From assembly GCA_964016885.1 (NCBI GenBank), contig OZ024740.1:70742001-70806000 (forward strand): 64,000 nucleotides of DNA. The letters run 5' to 3'. The notes below the pieces were generated by a model, which had not been told where the DNA came from, did no database searches, and saw nothing but the letters and a program-made list of their open reading frames with translations. The stretch comes from Eledone cirrhosa (Eukaryota). Of this stretch, positions 53,298 to 64,000 are shown piece after piece. Each line of letters starts with the position of its first letter. The stretch's first letter is position 1. The translations under genes and the position numbers were made by a program.

Positions 53298-55659
53298 TTA
53301 TGGGAGAATATTACTCTCATATGAAATCTACGATGTTTGTAGTCTATGGCCATCATTAATTTCCTAGTGGCCTGTTTAACGGCATCAAACATTTAGCGAG
53401 CTGCACGCATATCGCACAAGCGATTATCACAATACAATTTAATGTATTATCACTTTTTGTGAGATCAACTACACCTTTCATTTTTTAGGGTCGATATAAA
53501 CAAAGTTCTAATACAGAAAGATAGACTAGCGAAAATGATAGATCATTGGACGGGATACTTACAGTATCTGTTCCGGCACTCTGAGTGTTTTGTTCAAATC
53601 CTGCTGTGGCCTACTTTGGTAGTAAACTTAATTTGTCACCCGGTTTAGCATCACCACTTGGCCTTTGAGGGCCATCCGTGAAGTCCTCTCTGCTGAAAGC
53701 ATTATAGCCAGATTTCTGGATTGCGGCGTATTTCATTCGACGTTCTAATGATTCTTCCAATTCGCGGCCTCTTTAGCTTCAGATCAGCCTGGATCAAGGG
53801 AGAAGACTTGTGATCAAAGGCGTTCTTATTATGGCAATATCGTCTTTTTGTACATCAAGGTTTTCCTTTTTTAATGTATACTTCTTTATTCACAGTGATA
53901 GTGAGTATGATTTGTGGGAGATTGGTCTGCTATTTCTGGCATATTGAATGACCGCAAAGAAACCTGTCTCATTGACTCGTGTGCATTGTGAGTTATGATA
54001 TTAGCTACAATGTACATTATTTTGCTGACAACATAATAATATAGAGTTAGATTATAAGAGTGACATTAATCAAGAATCATCTTGACAAATATAGTGTCAT
54101 TAATGCGTCATTTTAACCTAGTTTCTTCAACTATGGGTCGTGACCCTTGGAAGTGAGTTAAAGATTCTTTGGTGGCATGGGGTGTGTGGAACTTTAAATT
54201 AGTTTGCTTTGTTTATTATAGCATTTTTATCTGTATACAAAAATATACTTAAAATATACACACAAGAAAATTTCCCTATAAAATATGAGAGTATAAAAGG
54301 AAAATCGGACAAGAACAAAACAACAGTTTGATGGGCTAACTACCTTAGTTTTGTCCTGCTTCAATTTTAGTTCTACGCTAACATTTTACACTGAGAGCAG
54401 CGATATATATCTGCTATATATTGGGAAGACCTTTGTTGATGGTTTGTGTTGTGAACAAGGAGTGTTTCAGTTATTTGGTTAACGCAACGGCTTGTTCGTG
54501 AACTCTATGTGCAGCTGCCTGGGCATTCTACAGAGAGAGGTACGCTCGACGTAGTTCTCTGGGAGATTCAGCGTGACAGGGTGAGTGATAAAGCTGACCC
54601 TTTGAATTACAGGTACTACTCATTCTTTAGTGGACTGGAGCAGTGTGGAATAAAGTGGCTTACACAAGAACATTACGCATCCTCTGGAATCGAACTCACG
54701 ACCCTACGATTTTGAACTGAACACATTAACCACTAAATCATGCGTCGTCATGCTCTGCAGATGGTGTAGCCGAGCATTTTAAAATGCTATCAATAATTGT
54801 TTTTGAAGTATATAATAATGTATTATGTAGTTTAGTATTAATAACGTTTGATTTTATATTGATTTCTAGCGTATTTAGTATTATTGTTTGGTGACACTCA
54901 GCGCCTTGTCATATTTTAATAGTCTAAGAGAAGGACGTATTTTTGTGAATGATATTGACACGATATTTCCTGTCAGCCATGATTTTAAATTCTCAATCCG
55001 GATATATACTATATATAATCAGTGAGCTGTGTCAAAATAGTAGGTACTTATTGAGATAAATTGTGACAAGTGTCTAATTAACTTGTAAAATCAACAAATA
55101 ATGACGCAAGTTGTTTCGTTTTCCTTAGTAACTTTATCAGTCAAGATAAATTACCTATAGTGTGGTATTCGATTCAAGCGAGAAATCAAATTGTATCGCT
55201 GCATGTTCAAAATATTGTCCTGACTAAAATATAATGCTACACTTTTTAAGCAATTCTCTGATCACATTTTTCATACGAAAATATGTAGCATTATGTAATC
55301 TTTATGCTGAGGAATTGGTAAACGAATTGAAGAGTTATATTTTTTCAGTTATAATATACATAATGCTGTCAACAGCTGTGAATTTTATAACTTTAAATCA
55401 CTGACAGAGATGAATTTGTAATATGAATAATAGATTCGCTTTCTGCCAGGGATACGCACACTCACACATGTCGTGCACCCCCCACCCCACTCGCACACAC
55501 ACACACATATACACAAACATATACATATATATATAACAGGGAGGTTGAACTGGGGTGGGAGGCTATGACACCACCCCAATAATTATATTTTTCTCCCCAA
55601 AATACCAAAGCACACATCTATTTGTATATGCGGTAAAATTTATGTACATGTTATGTAGA

Positions 55660-55820
55660 GATAGATGGGAAAGATAGATATAGATATAGAGAGGGGGAGA
55701 GTTTGGTGGTAATAGATATAGAGAGGGAGGTTGGGAGAGTGTGTTGTATATTAGATATAGAGAGGGTGAGATATTGATATAGAGGGGGGATTGGGAGAGA
55801 GTTCCGTGTAGTAGATATAT
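55660..55820. repeat. GA-rich minisatellite, left part
   Basis: GAGAGTTCCGTGTAGTAGATATA / GAGAGTTTGGTGGTAAT.GATATAGAG units, continued at 61540. Confidence 0.75.
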
Positions 55821-56060
55821 ATTTCTATTTATTTGCCACCAGGGCATCAAAGATTGGGACAAATACAAAGGGGGGAGTTTACATACATTTAAAAAGACGT
55901 GTAAAAAACATATAACAAATTAAATTTAACAATCGATGTCCTCAATAGGGAGGGGCGTTGACATGGGTCGCACACACCCCCGAAAAAATGTGCAACCCTC
56001 CTCTTCAGGAGCACAAAGAGCGGGTGATTCCTTCCTCTTCTCATTCTTCTCCTCTCTCAC

Positions 56061-59000
56061 CTACAGGCTGATATAGAGAGAAGGCCCATTCACTCGGGCC
56101 ATTCTCGCTACTTTCACCCATCTTTCATAAAACTTGCTGGGGTAGAGCACCTCTCTCTCCATTCTGATCCTTCTTCTAAAGTGGTACTTGAAAAAAAAGA
56201 CCAGTTGTTGGCCGGAGAGAAAGGTGTCTGACCTCAGCCCTTTCAACCTTGTCCACCATACAACTTCTTTCACCATGGCTATCACACAGAGGAAAACCGC
56301 CTCTCCTTCGTTTTTGAAAGGGGGAGGCGGTTTGATTGTGACAATGTTCTCGGTGGTCAACCGGATTGGTCCCACCCGTGACAGTAGTCGTTCTACATAG
56401 CCCCACAGGTCAGCAACGCCCGGGCAGTGTACGAATGCGTGTGCGACGGTTTCCTCGCCGCACGCATCTTGGACAGATCTTCGAGGGGTCCCTACCCGGG
56501 CGCCCGTGTCTGTAGAGCTTGTCCCGAACGGGTAGAGCTCCTCGGTAACATTGCCAAGCCAGGGACTTTTGGAAGTTGTCCATCGGTCCCGGGCCAAACG
56601 TCCTACCGAACAGACTGGCCAGCTCGTCTTCCTCCATGCCCAGAGCCTCTCCGAGAGCGTCGTCGCACTTAGTGCGCACCAACCCTCTATAGAATGTTGA
56701 GGTTGAGTCTCCACTGATTGCCGGATCCGCTTGCCAGAGTGCCGTGAGCGCCTGGGCACATTCAATGTGCCAGTCGCCCACTTTTCTCGGTCTTTGCTTG
56801 ACCCAGGATTGCAGCTCGGTGAGTGAGACGAGTCTCGGAAAGGCTCGCCTCACAAACAAAGCCGACACCGGCTGACCAGTGAGATATACCTGGAGGTGCC
56901 GTAGCCTTAATGCGTGTCTACGCATCGTCAGACACGGCATCCCCAGCCCTCCGTTCGAAGGGTGTTGACAGCAGATGGATCTTCTCACCAAAGGAGCCCG
57001 CTTCTTCCAAAGAAATCGGAAGAGCGCGCGCTCCATTTTGGCGAGTGTTTTCTCTGGGCAAGGCACGACGGTCAAGCGGTAGTAGATGACGGACGCTATA
57101 TAAGCGTTCGCCACCTCCGCTCGACCTTTCAGGGATAGTTTGCACTCGGCCCACTTCTGGGCGAGTGCAAACACATTTTCCGTTACCTCGTCCCAGTTTT
57201 TCTCCACCTGGAGGTCCGGTCCGAACCAGATCCCGAGCAGCTTCACCGGTCCCTCCGTCCAGCGTCCGACGATGCCGTCGGAGGGCATCGTTTTGCCCCT
57301 CCACGTCCCGAGTTGCAAACCGACGGACTTGTCCCGGTTCAGCTTGGCTCCTGTGAACCTTTCATATTCCTCCAGTAAGGTGCCGATCTGCCCGATTTCC
57401 GAGGCGCACGACACCATTACTGTCACGTCATCGGCGTAGGCCGACACCGCTTTCCGCAATCCCGGTTCCAAGGGGATGCCCTGCAACAGCTCCAGCTTCC
57501 TCAGTAGTGGCTCGAGAGCCAGCACATACAGGAGGGAGGAGAGAGGGCATCCCTGTCGAATGGATCGCGTGATTTGGAACGGCTCCGAGAGGTAGCCGTT
57601 CACCTTGACCCTCGAGCAAGTGTTGCTGCTGTGCATTGCAGCAATCCAGCCCCTGAAAACGGGTCCGAAGCCTGCCGCCGCGAGCACCGCATCCAGGTAC
57701 CGATGGTCAACCCTATCGAACGCTTTAGATTGATCCAAGTTGATCAGGACCCCAAAGCCGGGTTCGTTCCCTACCCTCTCTACGATGTATCGCATGAGGT
57801 GGAGGTTGTCGTGTATGGACCTGGACGGGATTGCGCATGTCTGCGCTTCTCCCACCAGGTTCCCGACGACAAGCGCCAACCTCTTCGCTAACACCTTGGC
57901 CAAAATCTTTAACTCTGTGTTTAGCAGAGTTATGGGCCTGAAGTTATCTATGACATCCCCCTTGTTCTCGTCCTTCCTCACCAGCGTGACTACGCCCTTG
58001 GTCACAGAACTGGGAATTCTCCCGTTCTGTTGCCAGTTGCAGTAGACCGCCTCGAGGAGACCGGAGAACAAGCCCGGCATCACTACATAAAGTTCGTATG
58101 GTAGACCATCGAGACCCGGAGATTTACGTTTGCCGCATTGGCTCAGCGCTTCCCCTATTTCAGCGGCTGAAATCGGCCTCTCGCAGGACTTCGCCTCCCC
58201 GTCCGAGAGCCGCGCCAGACCGTCGAGGTATGGACCGAAATCCATGGCCCCAGCCGGCCCGCCGCCCCTCCCGAACAGTCGTGCAAAGCGCCGTTGAAAG
58301 GCCGCGCTCATCCGCTCAGGTTCAAGGATCACGCGTCCATCCTGGTCCTTCAAAGACCGAATCGTGGACTTGTTTCCACTTTTTGCCTCTGTCACTCGGG
58401 CCCAGCTAACAGCTTTGGCTCCCTCGTTACCCAGAGCACGTATTTTACTCCTGACAACGCAGCCCCCGTGCTTCGCATCAAAGAACTGGTCTAGGGCCGT
58501 TCTTGACGCCAGCACGCCGGCCACGTTGCCACTCTTAATCGCCTCTTCTACTCTATTTATTAATTCCCTTTCAGTTCTATTCCTATCTGATACTAATTCC
58601 CGACTAAAACCTATCGATTCTATTCTAATTTCTCTCTTGAGAGAGCCCCACCACCTGTTGTTGACAATTGCCTCCGTCAAACGCTGCTTAACTAGTGTGC
58701 TAATCCGCTTACTGTAGGCTTTGTTTGTCGGTAAAGACAAGTTTAGCTTCCAGTAACCGGGTCCCTGTCTATGAGTTCTATCAAGGTTGACCACTCCGGT
58801 CACCAACTTGTGATCCGAATAGTCAACCATGAACATTCGTGGACAGCTTAATATGTCCCTATCCTTATTTCTAACTAGGAACCTATCTAGGTACGACCTA
58901 GATGTTCCGCTGCGATTACTCCACGTCCACCGTGGCACAGTCGGAAAATCTAGTCGATATCTATCGGCCAGATCAAATCGGCCGATTAATCGTTTGAGGC

Positions 59001-59491
59001 TGTTACACCCCCCTCTATCGGGACATGCCCCTACATAGTCCCAACGTGCATCCAGGATACCATTCCAGTCCCCCACTAAAAGCAAGGAGCGAGACGTTCC
59101 CAGGAAATTTTTCCAGGCGTAGGAAGAAGTCCGGTCGCGGTGTCCCAGATGGGGCATACGCTGCCACCAGCCTGAAAGCTCCACCTTCACCACTGCCGAC
59201 GTCTAAAACCACCAGTCGACCCTCCGGGTCCAGGTGTACCTTCTGTGTGGCAAGACCCAGGTATTTTCGCAGCAGAACGACAACCCCACCCCCACCCCTC
59301 GGCTGACAGAGAGATGCGCAGATCTCAAAGTCGTCGAAGATGGGGGCCAGTTGGCGCTCGCTGCTGATCCTGGACTCGCAAATAACCATTACATCCACTC
59401 TATGCGACCTGAGGTCATTTAAGAGTTTGCCCTGTTTCCAGGACATCCCCAAGCCGCGTGCATTCACACATCCAACTCTTATATTGGCCAT
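56061..59491 (-). pseudogene. L1/Tx1 ORF2 (APE endonuclease + RT + C-terminal CCHC); frameshifts near 59110 and 56460
   Basis: VNARGL, AYAPS, VGDWN, SYLDRF, SDH, KSPGLDG, NFRPITLLN, LDQSKAFDRV, RQGCPLS, AYADDV, CPRC..ETVAHAFVHC. Confidence 0.92.
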
Positions 59492-59533
59492 GTTGGTGCT
59501 GAAGAGGTAAAAAGGAAGAGGAAAGGAAATTAC

Positions 59534-61343
59534 TTACCTCTTCGTCTCCTGGGGACCAGGCTGCATAATTTCCATGGGGGTGTTGGAAGGGTTGTTTGGT
59601 GGGGTGGTGGTTTGTGGTGGGGTGAGGACATCAGTGTGTAGTGGGATTAGGGTGTTTGGTGGGGTGTGGGTGTCTGGTGTGGGGGTGGGGAAACATCTCA
59701 ATAGGACGCTGTTATGTGGTTTGGTGCAGTTGGTCCCCACATGCATTGGATGGTTCTTTTTCAAAGTTACATAGGTTTCCGTTGGGACCCCTAATCATCA
59801 TTAGGTGCGGTTTGTTCGCTGCGTAGGTGAAAGTGATCCCTTCGGTTTCCACCGAAGGGTTATTTTCTATCGCTTTCATCAACGTTTTATTGTTCTTGTT
59901 AATGTATGTATAGAGTTTTTGTTGTGTTGTGTTTGTTTTTGTTTGTTGTTCTTGTGCGTGTTTGCGTTTTGTAGTACGTGTTATGTTTTGGGGAGGAGTG
60001 GGGTTTTTTATTTGTGATGTTTGTTCTGTTTGTGCTGGTGGTTGTGTGTTTGTGGCATTTTTGTTAATGTGGTGCCTTTTTTTTCCTTTTCACCTGTTGA
60101 AAGGGTTCTCCCTCGTCGTCACTGGGTGACGTTGATACGGAGTCCTCTTCCGTGTTGTTGGGGAGGGGTATATTTTGGGGTTCTGTTGTGGTTGCTTTTG
60201 TATTTGTTTTAGGTGGGGAGGGGTTGGGTGGAACAGTGTTTTGTGTTGTTATTTTTCCGTATTGTTGTGGTTGTTGTTGTTGTGGTGGTGGTGGTGGTTG
60301 TGGTGGTGGTGGTTGTGTTGTTGTGTTCGGGGTTGGCAGAAGAGCCTTTTTTTTTTACTCGTTAATTGAGGACAGGCAGCCCTCAGGTGACCCCTACTTA
60401 AGCAGTGGTAACATGACGGCCGCCTTCCCTCCACTGAAATGTTTATATAAGTTAGCCCGTCCAGAGGTACGCGTTGTGGGATATTCGCTATTCGTTCTGG
60501 GCTCATTTGCACCAGAACTTCTACGCTGGTCCCACCAAATACACCTCCGGAGGACTTTCCTATTGAAATTATCTTGTCTTCGTCAAAATTAATTATTCCA
60601 CATAGTATCCACCAAATATTTATATTTGGTGTGATACTCATTATTTTTATTCTTTGTATCCTTTTTCCCCCGTATGTGGGGAAAAAGGTGAAGCGGGGGG
60701 ACACAATGGGTGCTACCGAGTACTTTTGAGCTGTTCACTGGTTGTTCATTAGCACCGAAATGCTACCAAACAGTTTACCTTTTTGTATGAAGGTTAAGTC
60801 CTTCATTGCATCTTTTAGAACCAGCTCAATTTCATTTTGTGATAATTGAGCTGGTTTTCTTGTTTCGTTCGATATTGTCCTGAAAACCACAGTTTTCAGG
60901 ACAGCCTCTCTCCGTAATTCCTGTGGAGAATTGATGCTAAAAGCACCGTTTTCGCCAAAAGTCACGAATTGTTTTGCGTCTTGTAATAGTTGTTTAGCAT
61001 TTGTTATGTCTATTGGCGTGTATAGTTCGTTTTTTTTTACAGTCTGTGCAAATGTTGTTTTGGTGTTGTTGTCTTTTTTGTTACTGTCACTGTTGGTAAT
61101 ATTGTTCATGTTTTCCTTGGTGTTGCTATTGTTGCAGTTGTTGGTTGTGGTGTTATTGTCATTGTTCTTGTTGTTGGTGCTGGTATTATTTACCGGGTTT
61201 GGTTTCGTGGTTTCGATATTTTTCACGTTTTTCGATGATGCGAGGGGGGAAGGCTGCAAGCTTTGTACTCCTACCTTCCCTCCACCACTTTTCTTAGTGG
61301 GCGTGGCACTCACAACAGTGTGCGAGATGGAAATGGCATCCAT
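59534..61343 (-). pseudogene. L1/Tx1 ORF1, frameshifted, with Asn/Thr/Gln/Pro low-complexity tracts
   Basis: ATG at 61343; ISVEGRRPSCYHCLSRGHLRAAC (CCHC knuckle). Confidence 0.75.
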
Positions 61344-61539
61344 TGCCACCAAGTTTACAGTTTTGAGATGAAAATTGAAAATTTCGCCCCAGAAAGGGGC
61401 GAAAATTAGTTGACTCAACGTCTGACGGCCCAGGCAAGGGGTTAAACTAAACAATGTTATTAAATTGAGCAATAAACTCACAGTTTTTTGACAATAATCC
61501 GTAAAAATCCGGAGCAAAGTAAATCACGTCTATATCAAG

Positions 61540-62150
61540 TGGTAATTGATATAGAGAGAGGGATTGGGAGAGTTTGTTGTTTCTTGATATAGAGAGGAGA
61601 ATTGGAAGAGAGTTCCATGTAGTAGATATACAAAGAGGGAGAGTTTGGTGTTAATTGATATAGACATGAGAGTTGGATGAGAGTTCCGTGTAGTAGATAT
61701 AGAGAGAGGAGAGTTTGGTGCTAATTAATATATATAGGGGGATTGGGAGAGAGTGTTGTATGGTTGATGTAGAGAAGGGGGAGTTTGGAGGGGATTAATA
61801 AAGTGAGAGGATAGATAGGTATTGATAAATATAGAGAGGAGAAGAGTTTGGTACTGATTGATAGAGTGAGAGGGAATGAGAGAGAGTGTTGTATGGTAGA
61901 TATAGGGAGGGGGAGAGTTCGTTGTTTCTTGATATAGAGAAGGGGATTGGAAGAGAGTTCCATGTAGTAGATATACAAAGGGGGAGAGTTTGGCGCTAAT
62001 TGATATAGAGAGAGGTATTGGAAGAGAGTGTTGAATGGTTAATGTAGAGAGGGGAGAGTTTGGTGGTAATTGATATATAGAGGGGTATTGGGGGTGAGAG
62101 TATCGTATAGTAGATATAGAGAGCTGTAGATTTCAATGCTTTTAGATATA
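61540..62150. repeat. GA-rich degenerate minisatellite (~33/66-bp period)
   Basis: Repeated GATATAGAGAGGGG(ATTGG/AGAGTTTGG). Confidence 0.8.
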
Positions 62151-62219
62151 ATAAGATGGTTGGGAGAGATAAATATTGCTAAATATATAGAGGGGATCGG
62201 AAGAGACAGTATCGTAAAG

Positions 62220-63600
62220 CAGTGGTCGCCAACCTTTCTAAAACCGAGGAACCCTCTAAATATTTTGAATTCTTCACGGAACCTATACAATACAAAACTT
62301 TTCAACAAAAAATAATAAAGTATTTATTTATTTTAGTGTTTCATGCGTGTGTATGTAATCGAACACAATTAACTAGTGGCTTTTCTGCTGCTGCGCCTCA
62401 TCAGTGAGTTTAGAAAATCGAGGTTCAACACTAGTTAATGCCAGTCTCATACACTCGTCAATTGCTGACAGTTTATTCATCTTCTTTGTGCAGATTTCTA
62501 CCAACTGCGAAAACCCTTCGCACAAGTAGCTAGATGGGAATAAAGTCAAATATTTCAATGCAAGTTGGCTGATTTCATTAAACTACCCAATCAAGAATAA
62601 GTCGATCCATAGTTCTTTCTTTCTGCTTTCGAATATCACTTTTAGGTCTTCGTTTGAATTCAAATCCATCAACTGATGTAAGCATTGTGCAGGTAGTAAA
62701 TTTTTACAATTTCCAGCGTCATTTTCTGACACTAATTGCTCGATCTCGGTGAATGGGTTTTTTATCCATAAATTTCCGCTAACTATATCTTTTTCCATCA
62801 AGTCAAAATAATCTGAAAAACTTGTGGAAAGCACATTTAAATGAGAGAGAATAATCTTCTTTAGATTGCTGGAGTCAAAATTTTCTCTCTTTTTAAACTC
62901 TATTTCAAGGTTTGAAAGTAATGAGTAATTGTCCGATTCAATTCTTTATATAAAGATGTTTAATTTTGATTGAAAATATGTAATAAAATTGATTGAAGTA
63001 AAAATATCTGCATTGTTACCCTGAAGACACTTATTTAGTTTGTTCAGTTCACCAAAAATGTCTACTAAATAAGCGAGTTGCACATTCCATTCATTGGTTT
63101 CTAATACACTTGCTCTTTCATCATTCTATTTTTTTAGAAAAACTATTATTTCTTCTCTCAGTTCAAAAACTCTCTTCATAGCATCCCCAAAAGACAGCCA
63201 ACGCACATCATTGTTCAATAACAATCTATTATAATTACTTCCAGAAGATTCACAAATAGATTCAAACATTCTAGAATTTTTTGCTCTTGCATGGATCAAA
63301 TTGATAATGTTGACAATGTCTTTCAGCTGGTCATTTAATATTTGAGCATCTCTGTCTTTGAATTTTTTTGAACACAAAACCTCTCAATGAATCATACAAT
63401 GATTTGAAATACAATTGGGGTCTGTTCTTTAATTTTTGCAATCAAACCAGAATTTTTACCAGTCATTACAGCTGCTCCATCTGTTATTGAAGTCAACTTG
63501 CTCCAAGATACACCACTTTTTTTTAAATACTCTTCAATTTTATTGAATATATCTTGACCTTTAGTTGTGATGTCTACATAATTGTGTGGCAAAGTTTATA
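62220..63600 (-). pseudogene. hAT (Charlie/Buster-type) transposon remnant
   Basis: TIR-like CAGTGGTCGCCAACCTTT at 62220; ITDGAAVMTG, DVRWLS.G, LAYLVDIFGELN, FPSSYLCE; many stops; second TIR not seen. Confidence 0.85.
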
Positions 63601-64000
63601 GTGTATGCATGGAATACAAAATTACCTTTGTTAGTAGTCGAAACTTTACAGGCGTTATATTTTCTGTGCAAGTACAACAGAATGTAACGTGTTCTTATTT
63701 AGAATTGTCTGTAGAACTGGATGCATGTTGAAAACGACTAATAAGCGAGTTCACTATGTGAGGAAACTTTAGGCGACTTTTGTGAGGACAGCAGATTAAA
63801 ACGTGTTCTCTATTGAAAACATTCTACTGAACTTACGTTGTGAGAACAGCGAACTGACCCTGTCTCTCGGCTGAAAGACCTCGCTGAACTGAAGTTTTCA
63901 GTTTAAAGTTATGCTGTTATCGACCAACATTTACTTGTTCGTGATTGGTTAATTTCTAAGTTCAATTAGTGTATTATCAGTAGTAGTCAAATTCTCAGAA

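Larger units (their letters stand above)
55821..61538 (-). mobile_element. Near full-length L1/Tx1-clade LINE
   Basis: 5' UTR, ORF1 with CCHC knuckle, ORF2 APE-RT-CCHC, 3' UTR with AATAAA at the end. Confidence 0.9.

Noticed and set aside
56176-59422. Numerous overlapping or antisense ORFs within L1 ORF2
   Set aside because: Expected by chance in GC-rich coding sequence; no motifs.

Overview
AT-rich animal DNA, almost all repeat-derived. The SINE families and the (TA)n/(CA)n/(TATG)n load resemble Octopus (inference). I found no host protein-coding exon. Contents: (i) Penelope-like elements (PLEs) ending in (TA)n, including a Naiad-type RT+GIY-YIG element as a ~1.7-kb-arm inverted duplication (14991-18769) and several Neptune-type remnants, most with a hammerhead ribozyme (HHR) in the 3' UTR. 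(ii) A non-coding ~500-bp tandem/inverted array with one minimal type-I HHR per unit (19263-21669), the most novel-looking item and a candidate retrozyme/circRNA element. (iii) Many fold-back palindromes anchored in (TA)n. (iv) RTE and R4/Dong LINE fragments clustered around (TATG)n tracts (46.3-52.1 kb). (v) A near full-length L1/Tx1 LINE inside a GA-rich minisatellite. (vi) Chapaev3, mariner and hAT DNA-transposon remnants, and many tRNA-derived SINEs. Family calls come from motifs read by eye. No alignment, folding program or database search was run, and many boundaries are approximate.
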